Shown: positions 12,300 to 23,687 of the stretch, in pieces
How positions within the stretch are numbered: the first letter of the stretch is position 1
How the letters are laid out: the number at the start of each line of letters is the position of its first letter
The notes under the pieces: model-generated
The model's input: only the letters and a program-made list of their open reading frames with translations
Databases searched by the model: none
Told to the model about the DNA's origin: nothing
Position numbers and translations under genes: made by a program
Assembly: GCF_006345805.1 (NCBI RefSeq)
Contig: NC_043016.1
Location: 29,698,001-29,762,000, forward strand
Source: Octopus sinensis
Taxonomy: Eukaryota
Length of the DNA: 64,000 nucleotides
Direction of reading: 5' to 3'

Positions 12300-12647
12300 G
12301 GTTGGTGACAGGAAGGGCATCCAGCTGTAGATAATCTGTCACACTGAATTTTCTCTGAGCCATCCAAATATTGAGAAGTGGTAGTTGGTTGGTGACAGGA
12401 AGGGCATCCAGCTGTAGATAATCTGTCACACTGAATTTTCTCTGAGCCATCCAAATATTGAGAAGTGGTAGTTGGTTGGTGACAGGAAGGGCATCCAGCT
12501 GTAGATAATCTGTCACACTGAATTTTCTCTGAGCCATCCAAATATTGAGAAGTGGTAGTTGGTTGGTGACAGGAAGGGCATCCAGCTGTAGATAATCTGT
12601 CACACTGAATTTTCTCTGAGCCATCCAAATATTGAGAAGTGGTAGTT
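12300..12647. repeat. Perfect tandem repeat, 4 x 87 bp
   Basis: Unit GGTTGGTGACAGGAAGGGCATCC...GAGAAGTGGTAGTT at 12300, 12387, 12474 and 12561; explains the repeat ORFs 12271-12624 and 12275-12679. Confidence 0.95.
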
Positions 12648-13079
12648 AAAATGTTGTTATTGATGATGTTCAACTTCAAGGTTTTGCTTTTGTTTTTTTT
12701 TTTAATTTCTGGCCCTTGCTGTTCTATTGATGTCTACTTTGCTTTCACTCTGTCTGACAACTGTTTGTGTGTGTGTCTCTCTCTCTCTCTTTTTTTTTTT
12801 CTCTCTTCAATTAACTGATAAAAGAAATACCTGTAATTTGCTGAAGTAACAAGGCAATTGGTCTTACGCATTCCCTTGTCCATCTCTTCAGAATTTTTTT
12901 TTTTCCTGACTGTCTATAGATGCAGTCATGTCTGTGTGGTAAGAAATTTGTTTCCCAACTGCATGGTTCCAGGTTCAGTCCTGTTGTGTGTCACCTTGGG
13001 CAAGTGTCTTCTTCTATAACCTCAGGCCAACCAAAGCCTTTTGAGTAGATTTAGTAGATGGAAACTAAGAGAAGCCCAT

Positions 13080-13150
<71 letters not shown>

Positions 13151-13189
13151 ATATATATATATATATGTATGTATGTATATATCATCATC

Positions 13190-13640
13190 ATCATCATCAT
13201 CATCATCGTTTAACGTCCGTTCTCCATGCTAGCATGGGTTGGACGGTTCGACCGGGGATCTGGGAAGCCAGAAGGCTGCACCAGGCTCCGGTCTTATCTG
13301 GCAAAGTTTCTACAGCTGGATGCCCTTCCTAACGCCAACCACTCCGTGAGTGTAGTGGGTGCCTTTTTACGTGCCACCTGCACTAGTGCCAGGCAAGGCT
13401 GGCATCGGCCACGATCGGATTGGTGCATTTTATGGAAGCCAGTCAAGGCGGCACTGGCTTCGGCTACGATTCGGATGGTGCTTTTTACGTGCCACCGACA
13501 CGGAAGCCAGTCAAGGCGGCGCTGGCATCGGCCACAATTCGGATAGTGCTTTTTACGTACCTCCAGTCCCAGGTCCCTGGCATCTGCCAGGTGCTAGTCA
13601 TAGGATTGGTTCAATTTCGATTTCACTTGCCCCAATATAT
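13190..13640 (-). mobile_element. SINE with GGAAGGGCATCC/(GAT)n tail, nested in a CORE-SINE
   Basis: (CAT)n-TTTAACGTCCG...GGATGCCCTTCC family with internal tandem units; other copies near 60-240(+), 5540-5705(+), 6050-6300(-), 6465-6900(-), 24700-25060(-), 37670-37960(-). Confidence 0.7.
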
Positions 13641-13653
13641 ATTATTTACTGTA

Positions 13654-13685
<32 letters not shown>

Positions 13686-13721
13686 ATATTATTATATATA
13701 TTATATATATTATTATATTAT

Positions 13722-13766
<45 letters not shown>

Positions 13767-14770
13767 TACTGTAATATATATATATATATATATATATATA
13801 CGTGTGTGTGTGTATCTTTGTGCCTGTTTTTCCTGTCATCACTGCTTGACAACCAGTGCTGGTGTGTTTACATCCCTGTAACTTAGCAGTTCAGCAAAGT
13901 GAATGATAGAATAAGTACCTGGCTTTTAGAGAAAAATAATAAGTATTGGGGGTCAGTTCATTCGACTAAAGATTCTTCAAGGACATGCTCCAACATGGCC
14001 ACAGTCTAATAATGAGTGAAACAAGAAAAAGTAAAAGGAAAAAAAAAACTGAATAAATGTCTTAATATTATCAAAGTAAGCAATTACAATATTTGTAATT
14101 AGTGTCTCCCTTGATGTAAGTTTTACTCGTTAGTGTGTCTAATGAATTCATTTAGAGTTGCAGAAAAACGCTGTGTCAAATTACGCATGTACTAGCATTT
14201 ATTTTCTTCTCTCAACATTCCAAGTCCAAATATTACTAGGGGTGTGTTTCCCTTTCATTCTTCCCTACTCCCTACTAGGCATCCGTAAAATTAGCAGCAG
14301 CAGCAGTGCTAGAAGAGAGCCTCTATTCAGTCTCAGATTATATTTGTCTAAAAATGTGCAGCCTTGTGCTACTATCAGGAATTATTGCATCATCAGCATC
14401 ATCATCAGCATCAGCATCCATTAATGTCCATTTTCCATGTTGGCATCTGTCAGACCAGTACATTCTAATTAATGCATATCTAATTGATACGTATTTAATA
14501 ATTACATATTTAATCAAAACAAGTGTGGCATCTATATTGTTGCTTAAAGTACTAGAAATAGCAGCTATATATATTACTCTCTTTTACTCTTTTACTTGTT
14601 TCAGTCATTTGACTGTGGCCATGCTGGAGCACCGCCTTTAGTCGAGCAAATTGACCCCAGGACTTATTCTTTATAAGCCTAGTCTCTTATGCTGAACTGC
14701 TAACTTACGGGAATATAAACACACCAGCATCGGTTGTCAAGCGATGTTGGGGTCGGGGACAAACACACAC

Positions 14771-14814
<44 letters not shown>

Positions 14815-14857
14815 TGAAATAGAAAGATGAATAATCTTGTTGCAGATTAATCAAAAG

Positions 14858-14950
14858 TTTCTTCCTGAAGAGAAAGACACAATATGGTCTCCTTATTCAA
14901 TCGGAATTTGGTAAATTGTGCCTTTCGAAACACATGTAGAATGCAATAAA
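14858..14950 (+). ncRNA. Minimal type-I hammerhead ribozyme motif in a Penelope-like remnant
   Basis: TTC-CTGAAGA(14865-14871), stem II GAAAGACACAAT/ATTGTGCCTTTC (11 of 12 bp, G10.1-C11.1), GAAAC-ACAT-GTA (cleavage after 14938), GAA, then AATAAA (14945-14950). Confidence 0.65.
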
Positions 14951-14995
14951 ACGATTTCTGTTCAATCTTCGTTCAACTCCATTTCTTCAATTCAC

Positions 14996-15051
<56 letters not shown>

Positions 15052-15897
15052 TACATATATACGACAGGCTTCTTTCAGTTTCCGTCTACCAAATCTACTC
15101 ACAAGGCTTTGGTCAGCCCGAGGCTATAGTTGAAGACACTTGCTCAAGGTGCCACACAGTGGGGACTAAACCCAGAACCATGTGGTTGGTAAGCAAGCTA
15201 CTTACTACACAGCCACTCCTACGCCTATATATATATTTGTATTTTCAAATATTTATGAAATTCTTCAATACTGGTTCATGGCTGTGTTGTTATGAAGATT
15301 TACTTCACAACTACGTCTTTCCAAGTTCAAATCAACTGTGTGGCACCTTGGGAAAAGCTACCATAGCTTTAAGTCAGCTATGGTCTGGCAAGCGATATTC
15401 AGCACCTTAGGCACTCAGAGGAACCATTCTTGTTCTGGGACTGAGAAACTGAAGCTGATGACTGATTTTGCACCATCAGCACCTGGTTCTTTGGTGTCTT
15501 TGACTGGGTCTGCTCTGCTGTAAACATTTTTAGTCTAGATTTTCAGTTTGAGAATAACTTCTTTCGACAAGTTTTGGGGACCCTGAAAAGGGACCAGAGT
15601 TTGCTATTGTTTCTCTTCTGACTATAAATATACGGAAATAGAAAAATTATGACATATGCTTTCAGTTTGAGCTAAATCACATTGGATAAATTTACTGTAA
15701 CTTGAAGGGGTGGATTAACACTTGTAGAATGGATTTAACTTGTTAGAGGGGTGGATTTAGCAACTTGTGGGATGAATTTGATGGGGTAGATTTAACAACT
15801 TATAGGTGTAAAGTTGACAATTTTTGGAGGTGGATTTGACAATAATTTGTTGGGAATGGATAAGGGATTTAATAACTACTGGTTGGATTTGGCAGCT

Positions 15898-16165
15898 TGT
15901 TGGATGAATGGCTTTAACAACTTATGGGATGGATTTGACAATTTGTTTGGTAGATTTAATATCTCACTGGATTTGTGGATTTGATAATCTGTGGAGTGTT
16001 TTTAAACTATAAACACACTTTAATCTGCTTACTGTTGGATGAATGGCTTTAACAACTTATGGGATGGATTTGACAATTTGTTTGGTAGATTTAATATCTC
16101 ATTGGATTTGTGGATTTGATAATCTGGAGTGTTTTTAATCTATAAACATACTTTAATCTGCTTAC
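15898..16165. repeat. Tandem duplication, about 135 bp x 2, ending 13 nt before the Jagged acceptor
   Basis: 15898-16032 and 16033-16165 nearly identical; preceded by a degenerate GGATTTAACAACTTG minisatellite (about 15705-15897). Confidence 0.9.
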
Positions 16166-16178
16166 TGTTTCCTTGTAG

Positions 16179-16292
16179 TTGATCGTGACTGTGAAACTAA
16201 TCCATGTGAAAATGGTGGCACATGTGTAATTGCAGCAAATGGAGTGTCTTGTATTTGTGCTCCTGGCTGGACTGGATCTTTGTGTGAAACTG
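16179..16292 (+). CDS. JAG1: Jagged exon, EGF4
   Basis: ttgtag|TT GAT...ACT G|gtatgt; [37 protein letters not shown]. Confidence 0.9.
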
Positions 16293-19200
16293 GTATGTAA
16301 ATAATATTATGAACTCACTTCATCTCATCACTAAATATGCTTTGTTGTTATTGTTATTGTTGTTTTGCTTGTTATTACGTATGGAGTGCAGGTTACATTC
16401 TCGAAGGGAAATAACCTTGTTTTGACCTTGGATTTACTGTAATCACAGGGAGTTAGCAAGATGTATGAACATTTAATGTGGTTTTAGAGTCAAGTTTTGA
16501 CTGCTATTTCCAGTGTGCTGGTGTCTCTTAGATACCCTAAATTATAATTTTGAATAATTATATATATAATATGTATAATATATATATTATTTAAAGCAGC
16601 AGAAAATTCAACAAAACCTGTTACTCTGAGTTTCACGTTCCCGTTTGTCGGACGCTGCTTTAAATAAAGCATATTACTCTACCACTGGTATTTGAGTACT
16701 CTTTTTTCCACCTTGTTTCACATTTATGTGTTTACTCCGGTATATATATATATTATACATATTATATATGTGATGTGTGTGTATATGTAATATGCTGTAT
16801 CCCTCTTCTCCAAGAGTGGGCCTTGTGTTTAGTTTAAAAAGAAATGAATATATTTATTGCATTAATCTAAATTAACAGATATTGACGAGTGTGCATCAAA
16901 CCCATGCATGAATAATGGCTGGTGTGAAGATCAAGTTAATGGATACAAATGCCATTGTCGTCCTGGCTGGCAAGGGGCTCAGTGCCAGCTAGATGTCGAT
17001 GAATGCAAAGACAGCACCTGTGTGAATGCAATCTACTGTCGGAATCTTCAAGGTAGCTATGAATGTCAGTGCCAGGCAGGTTGGACTGGGAAAAACTGTG
17101 ATATGAGTAAGTATACATCTTGGACTGTTTCATCTTAGGAGTATTATCCAAAGCTAATAACCTTTTTTTTTTTGTACACTTGTGTGTATGGGGGGGTACT
17201 TGCATGTGTGTACATGTGTGTGAGTATATTTATGTGTCCGTGTCTATTTGTGTGTGTGAGCATGTGTGCATGCGAGTGTGTTTGTGCGTGTGCGACTGTA
17301 TGTATGTGTGTGCATGAGTGTTTGTATACATGTGTGTGTGTAGTGTGAGAGAGAGAGAGGGAGGGAGGGAGAGGGGCTGACTATGAGAATGAAAGAGAGA
17401 GAGAAAGAGCAGTTGTACTTATGCACTGGAGTTGTACATACATAAGTATTTAAATACTTGTTTGTGAAAACAGAATCTTAATTAATTATTTAATCTGCAT
17501 TTCTAATTAAGATTTTTGGTGGTAAATTAATCAATGTATTAGTTCCCATTATTTTCCAATGTTACCTTATAAAGTATATTTCTAATAAATCTAAGTTGTT
17601 TTTTTTCGTTTTGCTTTTTTCTTTTTTCTTTCTTTTTTTTTGCTTGTGATGATGATGATGATAATGATAAATTCTCTTCCGTTGTCATTTCTTGCTCTTT
17701 TAGGCCAGATGACCACATATGGAATAAGCTTTCTAATATTCTCTCAACTGTTTCTTCTCTTGCAGACATCATTGATTGTGTTGGTCAGTGTCACAATGGT
17801 GCTACATGCGTTGTGAGTTTACATCTTGGCATTTTTATTTTTTAAATTTAAAAAATTTTTTGTTTCATATTTAATGCTCAGCACAGTGACTGTGGCTGTC
17901 ATTGGTGTTTAACTCAGGGTGGTCACCTAAACAGTCATGCATGATGTAAGGCTTTCCAACTGGGACTATTCTGTCGAGTTTTTTTTTTCTAGGGGCATCC
18001 AAGAGTAGGTTGAGATTTTGCTGCTGTTTCTAGCAGTTCAAGAAGCAACTGCATTGTGGCTTCTTCATTGCATCAATAACAGTGAGGCTTATTGGGCTGG
18101 ACTGTTGACCACATGGGCATGAGTTCAAACCTCTTCTAATGCACCCTTCATGAATGAGTGTCAGTCTCTTTGTTCCAGTTTACCTGGCTAAACAAAATAA
18201 AAAAGTAAATAAATAGAAGCAGGTCCCACATTTCCTGTTTGACCATAAAGTGATAAGAAGGACAGCTTATATATATATATATATTGTTTTTGTATCTGGT
18301 TTGCAAGATTCTTCATGTAAATTCATGCATTGAAACAAATTTTGTTGCATCTGGGGAGAGTCATATTGTCTTAATGGCTTAAAACACACTCACTGGTTCC
18401 ATTTCCACTCATTATATTTTTTCTTCCAAAATTTTCATTACTTTTGCATCCTTGTCAATGGATGTTGACTCTGTCCATTATTGAAGCTGCATTTACATAT
18501 ATATATATATATATATATATAGATAGATATAGATAGATAGCTATATATTTATATATGATAATGAAGGTGGCTAGGTGGCTATCTGCAATATAAAATCAAA
18601 AAGCAAAAATTCAATTGCCACTAATTGTATGTCTGTATGTATGTATATATGTATTTATAAATGTATATATGTATCTATATGTGTAACGTTGTTGTTGTTT
18701 GTAGAACCTTGTGAATGATTACCGTTGTCAGTGCAGACCAGGCTTTACAGGGCGGCACTGTGATGCAGCGATAAATGGGTGCCATAGCCTACCTTGTCTA
18801 AATGGAGGTGTATGTCACGACCTTAACGATGGCTTCAGGTGTGAGTGTCCCTCAGGCTATGTTGGTTTGCAGTGTCAGGTAGGTGCCATCTTCTAACTCT
18901 AGTCTACTCACAAACAATCTTCTTGTACCTTTATACACACAAGCGCTCAGCCATGAGTGATGGTGGTGGTCATGGCAGCAGCTGTTGTTGTTTCATGGAC
19001 ATTCATCTTAGTTTGTGTCAAGCCTCACCAGAAATGTTCAATAAAGATCTCAATGAATTGTTAAAAGAAAGCATCTTGATTTTTGTATCTGGTTTGTAAG
19101 ATCTGTTATTTGAATTCATGTATTGAAACAAATTTTATTGTGTCTAAGGGGAGCCATTTTGCCAATATAATTAACACAAACACTGGTTCAGTTTCATTCC

Positions 19201-20517
19201 TTCATTTGTCAATTGGTTAAATAACCAACTAACTAATTGATTACTTAATTTGTTTTGTCTTTGTTTGTGAAAGAATCTTTCATTGCTACCTGCAACCTAT
19301 TGAACAGGACCAGTGCATGTGTTAATTATATTTGCATAATGTCTCTCCGTAGACACAACAAGAGGCATATCTTGATTTATTGAAGAAATTGAAGAATAGG
19401 AAGAATGGAAAATACGAAAGAGAGAGCTGGAGACTTGTGGGGATCTTAAATTAGAGGGATCTAAACTAATGAAGATTGATAAGAATTTGCTTGAAAAAGA
19501 TTATTACAGAAATCTGTCTAATTCACTTCATCATTAACTCTTTTGATATCGACCTGCTTGAGATCAGCTCTGTTTCTATGAGACAACATCCTTGTTTTAA
19601 AGTCATCTAAGTTAAAAGTTCCTTCTATCAAAATTTTGTCTTTAATTTATGTTCCAAACACCAACTTGATAATGACAAAGTTAATTTATAAAATTCTTCA
19701 TTATTTTCATAATTAATTGAAATAATAACACGATATTTCAACAAATATGGTAACAAAAGGCTTAAAGTGATCTAGATAAAAACCTATCAAAATATCATGT
19801 TATGTTCCAAACTCCAACTTGATAATAAGAAAGTTATTTTATTAAATTCTTTATCTTCAAAATCAATTAAAATGAAAAGCAGTGTATTTCAATTGAAATA
19901 TGGTAAAGATTAAGGATATAATTTTAGAATCTGTGGATATTTTTCTGTTGTAATGAGTGTCTTTGATTATTTACTTCTGTTTTTTTTTTATTTCTAAACC
20001 AAATAATGCTATTCTTTGTAAATATAAATTCTTTAAAAACCAAAATGAATTCATACAATATTACTTTATTTCTATTACTAGATTGCTATCAATTTGTGCC
20101 AACAAAACCCTTGCAGATCTGGTTCTACATGTTATGATATGCGAGGAGATTTCTACTGCCATTGTCAGCCTGGTTTTGAAGGAAAAACTTGTGAAAAAAA
20201 GAAGAAAATTTGTCCAAATGGTTCTTGTGAAGGTTAGCTTCAAGTTTGTCCATTTCTTCTACTTGCCATTATCTTCCATTCAGGTCATGGTTTCCCATTT
20301 AAAAGCCAACCATTTTTTTCCCCAAATATATTGTACTTCATATTCAAGGCTCTGATGAAGCTATGATGCATTATTCAAACACTCGTCTAATCTTTCCACT
20401 GTAGTAGAAACAGCTGTAAGCTATTGTATTTCATAAGATTATCATTTATTCCTTTGTCATCTTTCTTGTGTGTGTGTGTGTGTGTGTGTGTGTGAGTGTG
20501 TGTGTATGTGTGTGTGA

Positions 20518-20548
<31 letters not shown>

Positions 20549-23500
20549 TTAGGTTCAGAAAATTTTATAAAAATACTTAGTAACTTTGTGGTGTTGGTGG
20601 TGGCAGTAAGAAACATGGTGGTGCTGATTGATGGTTCAAATAAAACTTTAAAAACCGGTCATTTCAAAAATTATTATTTCTTGTTCACCTGTTTATCAAC
20701 AGTTATTGACCAATGTACCATAACTGTTCCGTCCAACCGAACTAGTGGGGAGGTGCGTTCAATATCATCCAACATCTGTGGTAAACATGGAATTTGTCGA
20801 AGCCAGGCTGGAAGTCGTTTTGTATGTGAATGCCAGTCAGGCTACCAGGGAACATATTGTCATGAAAGTAAGACATCAGAATTTTTTAAATATTTCTTTT
20901 TTTTTTCTTTTTTTCTTTATTTGCTGGTTTATGTCTTCACATTGTTTGTTGCATAGATTTATATGTAATAGTTTATTTGTCCAAACAGTTGTTTTCCACA
21001 ACTGAATGTTTTTGCTATGATTAAGCCATTTAGTGGTGAAGTAGCAAGATAAATCTTTGTCTTTCAAGCAGTCGGAGCTAACAGAGTTATGGGCCTTGTT
21101 CAGTGTGTATAACATGTGTAAAGCTCAACAATGCAGCCTATGGTTCAGTCCCACTACATGGTACCTTGGGCAAGTACCTTCTATAATAATCCTGAGCCAA
21201 CCAAAGCCTTCTCAATGGATTTGGTACGTGGAAACTGAAAGAAACCTGACATGTGTGCAAGTTGTGTTTGTGAAGGCGGCAAGCTGAGTTCAAATTCCGC
21301 CGAGGTTGACTTTGCCTTTCATGGGTAGTGGTGGTGGTGGGGTCGATTAAATAAGTACCAGTTACACACTGGAGTCGATGTAATTGACTTAATCCCTTTG
21401 TCTGTCCTTGTTTGTGTGTATACATATACATATATATATATATATATCTTTCTCTCCCCTCTCTCTTTCTCTCTCATTTTAAAGTAGTTTTTTTTTTTTT
21501 TGTCTTTTAACTAAAAATTGAATAATACGTTTATATATTTGTTGTGCAAGATTTTTTATGTGAAATCGTGTGTTGAAACAGATATTGTTATATTTCGGAA
21601 TGGTCATTTTGCTAGTTTAGCCAATAAAAACACACGCACTATATATTTGGTGTTATTTTGCTTCAGTGATATTTATTTTTTACTTTAATCTTAATCTTAT
21701 TTCGGTCAGAGTTCTTTCGTCACACTCCTGTGACCGCATCACAGGAGTGTGACGAAAGAACTCTGGCCAAAATAAGATTAAGATTAATGTAAAAAATAAA
21801 TAACACTGAAGCAAAGTAACACCAAATATATAGTGTGTGTGTTTTTATTGGCTAAACTGGCAAAATTTGCATTCCGAAATATAACAATAAAAATTGAATA
21901 TTCATTGATAAGGAAGCCCTGTTCTGAAAAGTGGAGTTAGATTTCTTGCAAAACACTTTTTACCTGAGTCTTACCTAATGGCTTGACGAGACTTAAATAG
22001 GCTTTCAGGAGAAACTTGTGTTTGTGTGTATGCATGCATGCTTTTGTGTGTGTGTGGTTTTGATTCCCAGACTGGGCAGCGCCTCTGTGTTCTTGAGGAG
22101 GGGGTATTTTTTTCGTTTTGTTTTGCAATTACTTTGACATCTGACATGTGGCACACCACACCAAGCACCTGTACAAACAACACCAATTTGATTGAGGGGG
22201 ATGGAGGGAAAGTGTGAACTTAATGTGCAGCACAAATATTGGAGCACTATTAGAAAATCACCTGTGCAGATTGTATTCAGCAAAAAATTTCAGAACCCAC
22301 ATCTGTTATCTACAAAAGGAAGGCCCACCTACCCAACCATTCAAAATTCCAAACATTTCTCTATTTCCGTTTCTATTTTCTAATTTCAGACATAAATGAC
22401 TGCTTGCAAAATCCATGTCGTAACCATGGGACTTGCATTGATGGAGTACAATCTTACCGGTGTGTTTGTGCACCGGGATGGGAAGGTAGTAGCTGTAGCC
22501 GCAGTGAGTAACACTTTTTTTTTTATGATTTATTATTTATTATTTTTATATTATTTTTGGCTGGCAGAATCATTAGCATGCTGGGCAAAATGCTCAGTGG
22601 AATTTCATCCATCTTTACATTCTGAGTTCAAATTCTGCTGAGGTCAATTTTGCCTTACATCCATCATTTTGGGGTTGATAAAATAAGAACCACTTAAACA
22701 CTGGAGTTGAACAAAATTTCAGGCCTTGTGCCTTTAATAGAAAGAATTATTTTTTAGAATAAAAAAGATTGGATTATCAGATAAATTAGTTACTTTTTTT
22801 TTTGTCCCATTTATCTTAATCCTTTCTTTCCAATATTATTTGAATTAACACGAAAAATATTTTTATTGTTTTTTGTTTTTGTGGAGCTCTATTCTTCTAC
22901 AACTTTTGGATAAAGTTTTACTTCTTTTCAAACTGAGGTACCAAATAGAAAGAAAGCAAATTTATCTGATAACTCAATAATTATAAAAATAATACAATTT
23001 TATAGACTAATCATAAAAATTAAGAATATAAATTCATTATGTAAATCTAAATTTTAATAATTTGGATAAAACAAATTAAAACATTTGTAATAATGGCTGC
23101 CGTGTAACATCTAAAGTGTTGTTCTGCAGTTTAGAGGTTACGCTTAACCATGCAAACCCCTTCCAGTTTGAAAGAAGCTTTTCTGTGGTGTAAGAATCAT
23201 ATTTCTCTTTCAAGCCGATAAGGGAGTCACTACATGCTACAAAAGTAGCATCCAAATTTCCTCAGATAACACATTACCATCTGAGAAAAAGGAAGGATAA
23301 GAAAAATTTCCAATTAAATCATCTGTCCAGCCATCTGTTTTCTTCACCCACTATTACTGGATGGGTCATGGAAGTAGAGTCCTCAAGTACCTCTTTCTTC
23401 ATAGGGTCCTATGAGAAGCAACCATCATTAGACTCTCCAGCTGGATTCCCAAATGTGACTGATTGAGATTATGGACATTATCCAACCATCTCTTTCTTGT

Positions 23501-23606
23501 TCGACCCCACAAATCAGAGAAATAGTTGCTCAAACTGTAGATACTTGTAGACCTCTGAGTTATATGCACCTTATCAAGTAACATTATTCCAAAATTTTAA
23601 GATATA

Positions 23607-23687
<81 letters not shown>

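Noticed and set aside
12300-12647. CRISPR-like array
   Set aside because: No unique spacers, eukaryotic context, no cas genes
12271-12679. Two ORFs with perfect 29-aa repeats
   Set aside because: By-product of the 87-bp tandem repeat (a multiple of 3) containing SINE sequence; no splice or homology support
12830-12905. Possible - strand exon (NSEEMDKGMRKTNCLVTSANY, ag|gtattt)
   Set aside because: Weak acceptor, no recognisable homology, no partner exons
9288-16179. Spastin-Jagged fusion gene
   Set aside because: Phases are incompatible (0 versus 1) and an assembly gap lies between the two genes
20352-20387. CTGATGA...CAAACACTCGTC hammerhead-like motif
   Set aside because: G12 is missing, and stems I and II do not pair convincingly
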